Source: Oscillospiraceae bacterium (GTDB lineage Bacteria > Bacillota > Clostridia > Oscillospirales > Oscillospiraceae). Taken from it: a stretch of DNA of 64,000 bases. The DNA is taken from contig JAHHRY010000007.1 in assembly GCA_020025535.1 (NCBI GenBank), forward strand, positions 12,630-76,629. The letters run 5' to 3'. Positions within the stretch are counted from its first letter, which is position 1. Each line of letters opens with the position of its first letter. The notes below the pieces were generated by a model. That model had not been told where the DNA came from. It searched no databases and was given only the letters and a program-made list of their open reading frames with translations. The position numbers and the translations under genes are program-made. Positions 9,493 to 20,300 of this stretch are shown in pieces.

Positions 9493-11943
9493 ATGGCTAT
9501 CAAAAAGAATGAACTTTACAGCTCACTCTGGGCTAGTTGCGATAAACTCAGAGGCGGAATGGATGCATCTCAGTATAAGGACTACATCCTGACCCTTTTG
9601 TTTGTGAAATATGTCACCGATAAATTCAAAGGTGTGAAATATGCGGATATCACCGTCCCGGAGGGCGGTAGTTTTGACGATATGATTGCGCTGAAGGGCA
9701 GCAAAAATATCGGCGAAGGAATGGATAAGGTCATCGCTAAACTGGCAGAAGCCGGCAACAATAACCTCCGTGGTGTTATCGATAACGCCCATTTCAATGA
9801 TGAAGCCAAACTTGGTAAAGGCAAGGAAATGGTCGACAAGCTCACCGGCCTGATCAGCATCTTCCAGCGTTCGGAATTTGACTTCCGGAATAACAAAGCA
9901 GGCGGCGATGATATCCTGGGTGATGCCTACGAGTATTTGATGCGCCATTTTGCTACGGAAAGCGGAAAGAGCAAGGGCCAGTTCTATACCCCTGCCGAAG
10001 TTTCCCGGATTCTTGCCAAGGTGATTGGTATCGACAAGATTGAAGATAACGGAGAAAACTATACTGTCTACGATCCTGCCTGCGGCTCCGGTTCCTTGCT
10101 GATCCGGGCAGCAGACGAAGCACCTTTTGATATTTCTATCTACGGACAGGAAAAAGAAGTTACCACGGCAGGCCTTGCCAAGATGAACCTGGTTCTGCAC
10201 AATAAAGCTTACGGTGAAATCAAGGCAGGCAACACCTTCTCTGATCCCCAGTATTTTGAGGAAGGATCTGACAATGAAATTCTGAAACGCTTCAATTTTG
10301 CAGTGGCGAATCCCCCTTTTTCCTTAAAAAACTGGACAGACGGTTTGAAAGATTACGGCCGGTTTGATTTTTGTGTGGTTAGACCGCCCGAAAAGAACGG
10401 AGATTTTGCTTGGCTTCTGCATATCCTGAAGTCCCTGAAGTCCAACGGTAAGGCTGCCGTGATTCTGCCCCATGGCGTACTGTTCCGGGGTAACGCAGAA
10501 GCAGAAATTCGGAAAGTCATCATTGACAAGGGCTATATCAAGGGCATTATTGGCCTTCCTGCCAACCTGTTCTATGGTACCGGCATTCCTGCCTGCATCA
10601 TTGTGATTGACAAGTCTGATGCAGATGAGCGGACCGGCATTTTTATGATTGATGCCAGCCATGACTTTATGAAGGACGGCAATAAGAACCGTCTGCGGGA
10701 GCAGGATATTTATAAAATTGTGACCACCTTTAACGAGCAGATTGAGGACGATCCCCAATATGCCCGTTTTGTCCCCAATGACGAGATTAAAAAGAAAAAC
10801 GACTATAACCTGAATATTCCCCGGTATATCGACAGCTCTACCCCGGAGGATCTGCAGGATATCGAAGCACATCTCCACGGCGGCATTCCTGCAGCGGATG
10901 TGGATTCCATGGAGAAGTATTGGAACCTGTTTCCCGGACTGAAGGACAAGCTGTTCACTGTCCTGCGGGAGGGCTACTATCAGCTGAATCTGCCCAAGGA
11001 CGAGGTTCGCAGTACCATTTATGCCGATGAAGCCTTTGCGGATTATGTTGGTCGGGTGGACGAGGCCTTCGATGCCTGGAGGCAGGAAGTGGATGAAGGC
11101 CTGCGGAACATTGACGAGCTGGTGGACTTGAAAACATATATTGTGGAACTGTCTCAGGCGCTGGTGTCGAAGTTTGAAGATCTGGAGCTGATCGATAAGT
11201 ACGATGTTTATGAAGTCCTGCTTTCTTACTGGCAGCAGACCATGGCAGATGATATTTTTGTGCTGATTCAGGACGGTTACCTGGCCGGACGGGAAATCGA
11301 GTACGATGTGGAAGTTACCGAGAACAAGAAGGGTGAACGCAAGGAGAAAGTCAAGGGCTGGGACGGGAAGCTGATTCCCAAAGACCTGGTGGAAGCGGCT
11401 TTTTTTGCCCAGGAGCGCCGGAAAATTGACGAGGCCCAAGCAGTTGCGGAAGAAACCCAGAGCCAGCTGGAAGAGCTGACGGAAGAACAGACCGGAGAGG
11501 ACGGAGTGCTGTCCGATTGCCTGAATGACAAGGATGCCGTGGATTCCAAGCAGGTATCTGCCAAACTGAAGGAGCTGAAGAGAAGCGCACCCAGAAGTGA
11601 GGAGTACCGGGTTTTGGCCCAGTATACAGATCTGAGCAAGGCAGTGAAGGATCAGGGAAAGCTGGTCAAGGAACTCAATGCGGAACTGGAAGAAAGTGTG
11701 AAGGCACGGTACGGCACGCTGACCGAGGCAGAGATCAAGGAACTGCTGGTGAACAGGAAGTGGTATTATACCCTTTTTGTCGGCATCAAGTCCCTCTATG
11801 TGACGACCTCCCACAATCTGGCAAACCGGATTGCAGAGCTGGCAGAACGGTACGAGGACACTCTGCCGAGCCTTACCGAAGAAGTGGAAGACTACGAGGC
11901 CAAGGTCAAGGCCCATCTGGAAAGGATGGGATTTGTATGGTAA
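9493..11943 (+). CDS. hsdM: Type I restriction-modification system DNA methyltransferase subunit (HsdM), long form with coiled-coil C-terminus
   Basis: HsdM N-terminal domain ('ELYSSLWASCDKLRGGMDASQYKDYIL'), SAM motif ('VYDPACGSGSLL') and NPPF motif ('ANPPFS'). AGGAGA RBS before MAIKK. Confidence 0.9.
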   Translation: MAIKKNELYSSLWASCDKLRGGMDASQYKDYILTLLFVKYVTDKFKGVKYADITVPEGGSFDDMIALKGSKNIGEGMDKVIAKLAEAGNNNLRGVIDNAHFNDEAKLGKGKEMVDKLTGLISIFQRSEFDFRNNKAGGDDILGDAYEYLMRHFATESGKSKGQFYTPAEVSRILAKVIGIDKIEDNGENYTVYDPACGSGSLLIRAADEAPFDISIYGQEKEVTTAGLAKMNLVLHNKAYGEIKAGNTFSDPQYFEEGSDNEILKRFNFAVANPPFSLKNWTDGLKDYGRFDFCVVRPPEKNGDFAWLLHILKSLKSNGKAAVILPHGVLFRGNAEAEIRKVIIDKGYIKGIIGLPANLFYGTGIPACIIVIDKSDADERTGIFMIDASHDFMKDGNKNRLREQDIYKIVTTFNEQIEDDPQYARFVPNDEIKKKNDYNLNIPRYIDSSTPEDLQDIEAHLHGGIPAADVDSMEKYWNLFPGLKDKLFTVLREGYYQLNLPKDEVRSTIYADEAFADYVGRVDEAFDAWRQEVDEGLRNIDELVDLKTYIVELSQALVSKFEDLELIDKYDVYEVLLSYWQQTMADDIFVLIQDGYLAGREIEYDVEVTENKKGERKEKVKGWDGKLIPKDLVEAAFFAQERRKIDEAQAVAEETQSQLEELTEEQTGEDGVLSDCLNDKDAVDSKQVSAKLKELKRSAPRSEEYRVLAQYTDLSKAVKDQGKLVKELNAELEESVKARYGTLTEAEIKELLVNRKWYYTLFVGIKSLYVTTSHNLANRIAELAERYEDTLPSLTEEVEDYEAKVKAHLERMGFVW

Positions 11944-13199
11944 AACCGGGATATAAGGAAACAGATGTTGGTGTCATTCCGGAGGATTGGGATGTTCTTA
12001 CTCTAAATTCTATTTATAATATTACATCAAGTAAACGGGTTTTTCAGAGTCAATGGAGAACATCCGGTATTCCTTTTTATCGTGCACGAGAGATTGCTGT
12101 TATGGGTGATGGACAACCTGCCCCCGATGATTTATACATTTCAAAAGAACTCTATGATGAATATTCCAGGAAATATGGCACTATTAAAGAAAATGATGTT
12201 TTAATTACAGGTGTAGGCACACTGGGAAAAGTTTATGTTGTTAATAGGTCTGATAAATTTTATTTTAAGGACGGAAATATTATTTGGTTACAGTGGAAAG
12301 GAAATTTTTCATCAGCTTTTTTGAAGCAACTATATTTCACAACAACACTTACAGATCAAATATTTGGAAATGCGGGAGGAAGTACCGTACCCACATATAC
12401 AATCACAAATGCCAAAGCAACGATGATTCCTGTGCCTACATTTGCGGAACAGCAAAAAATTGCGGAAGTGCTTTCGGATATGGATGGGCTGATTGCATCT
12501 CTGGAAAAGCTGATTTCCAAGAAAAAGGCCATCAAGCAGGGAGCTATGCAGGAACTTCTCACCGGTAAAAAGCACCTTCCGGGATTTACTGGGGACTGGC
12601 AACGTTTTAATTTAGTCCAACACTCTAAAATTAAGGCTAGAATCGGCTGGCAAGGATTAAAAAAGTCAGAATATTTAGATAGTGGCTTCGCTGTTCTAGT
12701 GACAGGGACAGATTTTACTAATGGAAAAGTTCAATGGGAAACTTGTCATTATGTTGATAAGGGACGATATAATCAAGATAAGAACATTCAGCTTAAAAAC
12801 GGTGATATTTTAATTACAAAAGATGGTTCACTCGGAAAAACTGCCTTTGTTCAGGGATTAAACGAACCTGCTACACTCAATAGTGGAATATTTGTAGTGC
12901 GGCCTTTACAGGATACCTATAACCCACAGTTTGTGTATTATGTGTTGTCATCGTTTATTTTTGGAGAATTTCTTGAACAGCTGTCAGCTGGTTCAACGAT
13001 TGTACACCTATATCAAAAGGATATTAACAAATTTGAATTTATGATTCCTCCAAATTTAGAAGAGCAACAAGCCATTGCATCCATTCTTTCCGACATGGAT
13101 GCTGAAATTGAAGCCCTTGAGCAGAAGCTGGCCAAGTGCCGCCAGACCAAGCAGGGTATGATGCAGCAGCTCCTGACCGGTAAAATCAGATTGGTGTAA
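11937..13199 (+). CDS. hsdS: Type I R-M specificity subunit (HsdS), two target-recognition domains
   Basis: Two TRDs separated by and ending with conserved repeats ('KQGAMQELLTGKK', 'KQGMMQQLLTGKIRLV'). Overlaps the hsdM stop (ATGGTAA). Confidence 0.9.
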   Translation: MVKPGYKETDVGVIPEDWDVLTLNSIYNITSSKRVFQSQWRTSGIPFYRAREIAVMGDGQPAPDDLYISKELYDEYSRKYGTIKENDVLITGVGTLGKVYVVNRSDKFYFKDGNIIWLQWKGNFSSAFLKQLYFTTTLTDQIFGNAGGSTVPTYTITNAKATMIPVPTFAEQQKIAEVLSDMDGLIASLEKLISKKKAIKQGAMQELLTGKKHLPGFTGDWQRFNLVQHSKIKARIGWQGLKKSEYLDSGFAVLVTGTDFTNGKVQWETCHYVDKGRYNQDKNIQLKNGDILITKDGSLGKTAFVQGLNEPATLNSGIFVVRPLQDTYNPQFVYYVLSSFIFGEFLEQLSAGSTIVHLYQKDINKFEFMIPPNLEEQQAIASILSDMDAEIEALEQKLAKCRQTKQGMMQQLLTGKIRLV

Positions 13200-13218
13200 A
13201 GAAAAGAGGTTGTGCTAA

Positions 13219-14907
13219 ATGCGGCTTACATATTTTACAGTCTCGAATTATCGCAGTATTACCAATGCATATAAAATTGATATGCATGACATCACTATTT
13301 TGATTGGAAAAAACAATGAGGGAAAGTCAAACTTAATCAAAGCATTAAATTTGGCTATGGATATTCTTCAGAATGTTCCAATTATGAAATTAAAGAAAGT
13401 TCCGCACCAACTGTATAGCTGGCGGGAAGATTTTCCAATTGAATTACAGGACAAGAAAAAGCTTAAACACAAAGATACTGATTTACGATTGGATTTTCGG
13501 TTGGATGATACGGAAATCACCGAGTTCCACGAAAGAGTTGGATCGATTATCAACGGTGAGCTTTCCGTCTTCATTAAAATCAAAGAAGATGAAAGCATAT
13601 CTATTACTGTTCCTAAGAAAGGAAAAAATGCGACCGCATTAACAGGAAAACTAAATATTATTGCCTCCTTTATTATGCAGCACATCTTTATGCAGTACAT
13701 ACCGGCCATTCGATCCGAATCAGATGCCTATGATGTTATTGGCCGCCTTGTAGACGAAGAACTTCGTCAGACGGGAGATGAGAGATACAAAGAAGCGCAA
13801 AAATATATTGCTGAATATCAACAGGCGCAGCTTGCAAGTTTATCCCAACGTATTAAGGTGCCCTTGGCTGAATTTATGCCGAGTGTCAAATCTGTAAAAC
13901 TGCACTTGTCTGATTCGATAAGTCCACGATATTTAAAAAGAAGGGTATTGTCAGTTGAAATTGATGATGGTGTAATGACAAATTTGTCCCAAAAGGGAGA
14001 CGGTGTAAAGAGTCTGACCACAATGGCTATTTTAAGTCAGACGGATGCCAAAAATAGAATCGTGATTATAGACGAGCCAGAAGCTCATTTACATCCTGAA
14101 GCGGTCCATTATTTGAAGAAAGTATTGTTCAAGCTTGCAAAAGACAACCAGTTGGTTATTTCGACTCACGATCCTATTTTTGTTAACCGGCTCTCGATTG
14201 CTTCCAATATTATCGTTGAAAAAGGAGAAGCTAAGCCAGCACAGCGGATTGACCAGATTAGAAGATTACTTGGCGTAAGGACTGCAGATAATCTAATGTA
14301 TTCCGATTATGTTGTGATCGTAGAAGGTCCCAGCGATAAAAATGTCATGGAAAAGTTCTTGCGGAGAGACCCTGCTTTAGCTGAGCTTTTGAACAACTCT
14401 TTTCTTACTGTGCGATCCATAGGAGGAGTAAATAATCTTCGCAGTGAAATTTACAATCTTGAACGCTATATGTGCAGTTATATAGCTGTTCTTGATAACG
14501 ATGAGGCTGGAAAAGAAGCTGCCCGAGATGTGCAACAGCAGCTGGATATTGGAAGCGACCGATTCCGCTATTTCATGATAAACGGTCCTCGTTCCAAGAG
14601 TGAATTGGAGGACCTATATAAGCCTGATGCCTATAAGACTATGTTGAAACAGGATTTTGAAATTGATATTTCTACCCCATCATTTAAAAACAAAAGCAAA
14701 AAATGGTGTACAAGAATTGAAGAAATTGCCGCTGCTGCTGGTCGTGAGCTCTCCGAAGAAGAACTAAATAATATGAAAAAGACATTAAGTGAATCTGCCC
14801 GTGACGGGGGTGCAGAAGACTGGTTCTCTGACAAAGGGATACAGCTTCTAGATGCTATTAGTAGTGATATAAAATCTGATGTTTTTCGTCTTCTATCACG
14901 TCAATGA
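13219..14907 (+). CDS. OLD-family ATP-dependent endonuclease (ABC-type ATPase + TOPRIM)
   Basis: Walker A 'GKNNEGKS', Walker B/D-loop 'IVIIDEPEAHLHPEA', TOPRIM 'VIVEGPSD' and 'DNDEAG'. Embedded between hsdS and hsdR. Confidence 0.8.
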   Translation: MRLTYFTVSNYRSITNAYKIDMHDITILIGKNNEGKSNLIKALNLAMDILQNVPIMKLKKVPHQLYSWREDFPIELQDKKKLKHKDTDLRLDFRLDDTEITEFHERVGSIINGELSVFIKIKEDESISITVPKKGKNATALTGKLNIIASFIMQHIFMQYIPAIRSESDAYDVIGRLVDEELRQTGDERYKEAQKYIAEYQQAQLASLSQRIKVPLAEFMPSVKSVKLHLSDSISPRYLKRRVLSVEIDDGVMTNLSQKGDGVKSLTTMAILSQTDAKNRIVIIDEPEAHLHPEAVHYLKKVLFKLAKDNQLVISTHDPIFVNRLSIASNIIVEKGEAKPAQRIDQIRRLLGVRTADNLMYSDYVVIVEGPSDKNVMEKFLRRDPALAELLNNSFLTVRSIGGVNNLRSEIYNLERYMCSYIAVLDNDEAGKEAARDVQQQLDIGSDRFRYFMINGPRSKSELEDLYKPDAYKTMLKQDFEIDISTPSFKNKSKKWCTRIEEIAAAAGRELSEEELNNMKKTLSESARDGGAEDWFSDKGIQLLDAISSDIKSDVFRLLSRQ

Positions 14908-14951
14908 AGAATTTATGTACGGATAGAATTTTTAAAGGAGGGTACCTGTAA

Positions 14952-16400
14952 TTGGAAAATTTAGATAAATTAGTGCGCCGCCTGTGCCAATATCCGAATG
15001 AAACGCCGTGGCTGGAATTTAAGCATAATAATTATATCCCTGATATGATTGGACAGGATATTAGTGCGTTAGCAAATGGTGCGGCAATGCACGAGAAGAA
15101 TTGTGCATATATGCTATGGGGAATTGATGACGGTACCCATAAGATTGTAGGGACTGATTACGACCTGCAGAAATTGAAAAAGGGCAAACAGGAACTGGAA
15201 AACTGGCTGAGATCTTTGTTGTCCAGAAATGCGGAATTTGAATTTCACACTGTAAAAATGGATAATAAACAGGTTGGAGTGCTCATAATATATAGGGCAG
15301 TGAATCAGACAGTTATGTTTGAAAAAACTGACTATATTCGGGTGGGGAGTTACACGAAAAAATTGAATGAGTATCCTGCTTTACAAGCAAAACTTTGGGA
15401 CAAAATCCGTAATTCCAAATTTGAAGACCGGTATGCTAAGTCTGATTTGGATATGGACTCGGCGCTTCGTTTCTTGGATTATTCTGCTTATTTTGACATC
15501 AACCATATACCTCAGCCTAGCGACAACAAAGGTATTGCCCACTATATGCTTGAAGAAGGCGTTATAGAGGAACAGGATAACGGACTCTATGCCATTACAA
15601 ATATGGGGGCGATTCTTTTCTCAAAGCATTTGTCGGATTTTCAAAGAATTTCTCGCAAGGCTATTCGTGTTGTACAATACGAGGGCAACAATAAAATGAG
15701 TACGCTCAAAGATTTTACTGGGGACAAGGGATATGTCCTAGGCTTTGAGGGGTTAATTCAATTTATCGATGCGCTGATTCCGACGCAGGAAGTTATCAAT
15801 GGAGCGTTAAGAGAAAAGAAATCAGCCTATCCGATTATTGCAATCAGAGAAGCTGTGGCCAATGCGTTGATTCATCAGGATTTTACGATTACTGGCACTG
15901 GCCCAGTTGTCGAAATTTTTAAAAATCGTATTGAAATTACAAATTCAGGTACACCTCTTGTTGATGTGTGGAGAATTATTGATAATCCACCTAAATCGAG
16001 AAATGAAAAATTGGCGGCATTGATGCGCCGTCTTAGAATGTGCGAAGAACTTGGAACTGGATGGGATAAAATTGTCATTTCCTGTGAATTATTCCAACTT
16101 CCAGCCCCTAAAATTGAAGTGTTTGAAGATAGCACAAGAGTTACATTATACTCTGAAATGCCTTTTTCCAACATTCCTCCAGAAGATAAACTTCGTGCCT
16201 GTTATTTGCATGCATGTATTAAACACGTACAAGGGGAGCAGGTAACCAATAGCTCTTTAAGAGAACGCTTCGGATTACCAACATCTTCCTCAGGAAGTGT
16301 TTCTAGATTAATAAGAGATGCTGTTGAATGTAAGATTATTAAACCATTAGATCCTACAACTGCGCCAAGGTATATGAAGTATATTCCTATATGGGCGTGA
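14952..16400 (+). CDS. AlbA_2 (Schlafen-like DNA-binding) + HATPase_c_4 domain protein
   Basis: N-terminus 'LEFKHNN...ISALANGAAM...MLWGIDDG' (AlbA_2). C-terminus 'IREAVANALIHQDF...IEITNSG' (HATPase_c_4). This architecture is commonly embedded in hsd loci. Confidence 0.75.
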   Translation: MENLDKLVRRLCQYPNETPWLEFKHNNYIPDMIGQDISALANGAAMHEKNCAYMLWGIDDGTHKIVGTDYDLQKLKKGKQELENWLRSLLSRNAEFEFHTVKMDNKQVGVLIIYRAVNQTVMFEKTDYIRVGSYTKKLNEYPALQAKLWDKIRNSKFEDRYAKSDLDMDSALRFLDYSAYFDINHIPQPSDNKGIAHYMLEEGVIEEQDNGLYAITNMGAILFSKHLSDFQRISRKAIRVVQYEGNNKMSTLKDFTGDKGYVLGFEGLIQFIDALIPTQEVINGALREKKSAYPIIAIREAVANALIHQDFTITGTGPVVEIFKNRIEITNSGTPLVDVWRIIDNPPKSRNEKLAALMRRLRMCEELGTGWDKIVISCELFQLPAPKIEVFEDSTRVTLYSEMPFSNIPPEDKLRACYLHACIKHVQGEQVTNSSLRERFGLPTSSSGSVSRLIRDAVECKIIKPLDPTTAPRYMKYIPIWA

Positions 16401-16933
16401 TTTTAACTTGCTGGTAACTTGCTGACAAATTAATATGCAGATAAAAAAGAGATTTATTATGCAGTTATAGAGGTATATTGGCCGTGTATATAAATAAATG
16501 TGATTATATAAGTAAATATTTAACTTGCTAACAATATGCTGATTGCTTTTGTGTCTATAATTGAAACACTATAAATTAAAGATAGTAAGAGAATAATATA
16601 AAAATGTTGGTAAGACTATATGGGGCTAAAATTTGCTATATAATTTTCATTAGGTTCTACAAGACTGAAAAGATATAAGTATAAATGAAGTGCCTGCTGT
16701 ATGTTTAAATCTCCAGTATAATATGAGGTATAAGGTGATAATGTAGCATGAGATGATAGTAAAAACGTTATAATTTATATATCTAATAGTAGAATTAGCA
16801 GACCATGACTTTATTTTTTGACATGAATGCTGAAGTTTCTGTACTAAAGTAGAAGAATCAAAATTGCTACTAGATCAAGGATGGTATAATTTAGCAGCTT
16901 CTAATAGGTAAAATTAGATTGGTGTAGAATAGA

Positions 16934-17248
16934 ATGGATAAAAACATAAAAAAGATAATTTATATTTCTGGATTATTTTTAATTATTGGCGGAAAGGATA
17001 TGCTGTTCACTTTATGGAGGGCTGTAGCACAAATATTTATGGCATTCTTTCCTATATTTAAAAATGTTGCAAAGCAAAAATTAGAAGACTATTTAACGTC
17101 TCCGTATTTTATTGTAAGTGTTATTATGGCGCTTGCTTCTACGGTAGGCATATGGTTTGGCCACAAAGGCGGTAAAATTCTATATACTGTCATATCGATT
17201 ATCCTGCTTTTGATTAATTTATTCAGCATTCTCGCAAATGTAGTATAA
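16934..17248 (+). CDS. Small hydrophobic (2-3 TM) protein in an AT-rich spacer
   Basis: 104-codon ORF in ~25% GC DNA, where stop codons are frequent, and strongly hydrophobic. Weak RBS. Confidence 0.3.
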   Translation: MDKNIKKIIYISGLFLIIGGKDMLFTLWRAVAQIFMAFFPIFKNVAKQKLEDYLTSPYFIVSVIMALASTVGIWFGHKGGKILYTVISIILLLINLFSILANVV

Positions 17249-17337
17249 TCTTTTGGGATATAGCAAACAAGAATACCGCTGCACAAACAAAATTTTGATT
17301 AGTTGTGATATAAACAAATTGCTAAGAAGGTGGTACT

Positions 17338-20300
17338 ATGTCTAACATTGGCGACAACGAACGCAAAACGCAAGATCGAGTAATTAAATTTTTCAGTGAC
17401 AAACTCCACTATACATATCTTGGAAATCTGCAGGATCAGGTCAACACCAATATCATGCAGGACCGGCTGCTGAACTGGCTGACCGAAAAGCAGGGATACT
17501 CTGAGAAGCTGGCCCAGCGTGCAGTTGCCGAGCTTTCCAAAACTACCGGAAATCTGCAGCAGGGTCTGTATCACGCAAACAAAGAGGTATACTCCCTTCT
17601 GAAATACGGTGCCAAGGTCAAGGAAAGTGCCGAGCAGTCCGAAACCACCGTTTACTTTATCAATTTTCAAAATCCGGCTGCCAATGACTTCGCCATTGCC
17701 GAAGAGGTGACTGTGGTGGAGAAAAATGAAAAGCGCCCGGATCTGGTAATCTATGTCAACGGTATTGCGTTAGCGGTCATAGAGCTGAAGAAGAGCAGTG
17801 TTTCTGTTTCCAATGGTATCCGCCAGAACCTTACCAATCAGAGAGCCAACTTTATTGAGAAGTTTTTCACGACGATTCAGTTCTGTATGGCAGGAAACAA
17901 CAGCGAAGGCCTGCGTTATGGTACTTTACTGACCCCGGAAAAGCACTATCTGGAGTGGAAAGCGGACGGCTTTACCCAGTTCCCGGAGGAGCGGGAAGAT
18001 ACGGATGTGAATATCGAGGAAGTTTGCAAATCCATTCCCAACAAGCTGGATATGCAGATTTATGCAATGTTCTACAAAAAGCGTTTCCTGGATCTAATTC
18101 ACAACTTTGTGATCTTCGATAAGGGCTATAAGAAGGTCTGCCGTTACAACCAGTATTATGCAATCAAACGGGCACAGCATCGGCTGAATGATAAGCACAG
18201 AGGCGGTATTATCTGGCACACACAGGGCAGCGGAAAGAGCCTGACCATGGTGTGGCTGTCTAAGTGGATTCTTTCCAATAATCCCCACGCCAGAGTCCTG
18301 GTTGTCACGGACCGGGAGGAACTGGATGACCAGATTGAGAAGACTTTTATTGGCGTAGACGAGAAAATTGTCCGGACCAGAAGCGGTAAAGACCTGCTGG
18401 AACGCCTCAACGCTTACGATGATAATCTGATATGTTCCCTGATTCACAAATTTGGCAGACGGGGTAGCGAAAGCACCGACGGCGATTATGAAAAGTATAT
18501 TGATGAGCTGAAAAAGGCTCTCCCCAAGGACTTTGTGGCTAAGGGCGACATAACGGTTTTTGTGGATGAATGTCACAGAACGCAGTCCGGAAAGCTCCAT
18601 GATGCCATGCGGGCAATTTTACCTAATGCAATTTTTATCGGCTTTACCGGCACCCCCCTCCTGAAAAAAGATAAGAAAACCAGCCTGGAAACCTTCGGCG
18701 GCTATATCCACACCTACAAATTTAACGAAGGCGTCCGGGATAAGGTCGTGCTGGATCTGCGCTATGAAGCCAGAGATATTCCTCAGAATCTTACCTCCCA
18801 GGCAAGAGTAGATGCCTGGTTTGATGCTAAAACAGTCGGCCTGACGCCCAGAGCAAAAGCCAAACTGAAAGCCCGCTGGGGAAATATCCAGAAGGTTTTC
18901 TCTTCCAAATCCAGATTGGAGCAGATTGCCAATGACATTATTTTTGACTTTGGAACCAAAGCCCGCCTGATGGATGGAAACGGAAATGCCATTCTGGTGG
19001 CAGGATCGGTGTATTCTGCGTGCCGGTATTATGAGATTTTCCAGAGCAAGGGATTCAAAAAATGTGCTGTTATTTCCTCCTATACGCCCAATGTGGGAGA
19101 TCTGCGGACGGACACTGTCAGCGAGGAAGAAGAAACAGAAACAGCAGAAAAATACAATATTTATCTGAAAATGATTGGAATTGATCCCAATGGGGATCAG
19201 AAACATATTGCAGGCAAAGTTGAGGAGTTTGAAAAGGAAGCAAAGAGAAAGTTTGTAGCAGAGCCTGCTAATATGAAGCTGTTGATTGTGGTAGACAAGC
19301 TTCTGACAGGCTTTGATGCCCCGCCATGTACCTATCTTTACATAGACAAGTCCATGCATGACCATGGGCTGTTTCAGGCAATCTGCCGTGTTAATCGGCT
19401 TGATGGCGAAAGCAAGGACTTTGGTTATATTGTTGACTATAAAGAACTCTTTGGCAATCTGGCTGATGCCATGAACAAGTATACTACTGGTGCATTTGAA
19501 GCCTACGATGCAGAAGATGTAGATGGCCTTTTGAAGGATCGTACTGAGGAATCCAAGAAATATTTTGAAGATACGCTGGAAGCGTTGGAAGAACTTTGCG
19601 AGGGTGTAGAAGCACCAAAGTCGGAACTGGAATATAATCACTATTTTTGCGGTGAAAGCGGCGTTGATACAGATCAGGATGAGGTATTTACACGCATCCG
19701 GGAGAAACTGTATAAGCTGGTTTCCCGCCTGGTTCGGGCATATGCAGAACTGAAATCCCGTATGGGTGAGGCTGGATATACAGAAGAAGAACAGCTTCGC
19801 ATGGACCGCAAAGTGACATTTTATGTGGAACTGAAGGAAACTATTGGCAGATCCAGTGGAGATTTTATTGATCTGAAAGCCTATGAGCCGGGAATGCGGT
19901 ATCTGGTTGATACCTATATTTCTGCAGAGGAGTCCAATACCATTGGTAATATGGAAGATTTCACGCTCCTGGATTTCATCCTTACGCAGGAGGGAAAACT
20001 GGAGGACGAATCTGATAAGAAAGGCCAGGATAGTGCAGCAGAAACCATTGAGAACAACATCCGAAAAAAAGTTGTTGAAAAAATGGTTATCAACCCGGCG
20101 TATTACGGAAAAATGTCTGCGATTTTGCAGCGGTTGATTGAAGATCGTAAAAAAGGCGTTATTCAGTATGGGCAGCTTTTGGATGCTTACATGGAACTTG
20201 CAAAAAAAGTGACAAATCCGGAAAAGAATTTCAGGTATCCAGAAAGCATTCGGTCCAGTGGCGCTAAGCGAGCATTGTATGACAACTGCGGTGAAGATGA

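Noticed and set aside
10324-11916. 530-aa minus-strand ORF across hsdM
   Set aside because: Antisense to hsdM, which has clear methyltransferase motifs. No RBS or domain.
16401-17337. Possible CRISPR array or retron ncRNA in the AT-rich spacer
   Set aside because: Only short, irregular direct repeats ('taacttgct') with no regular repeat-spacer periodicity. There is no cas gene or reverse transcriptase anywhere in the window.
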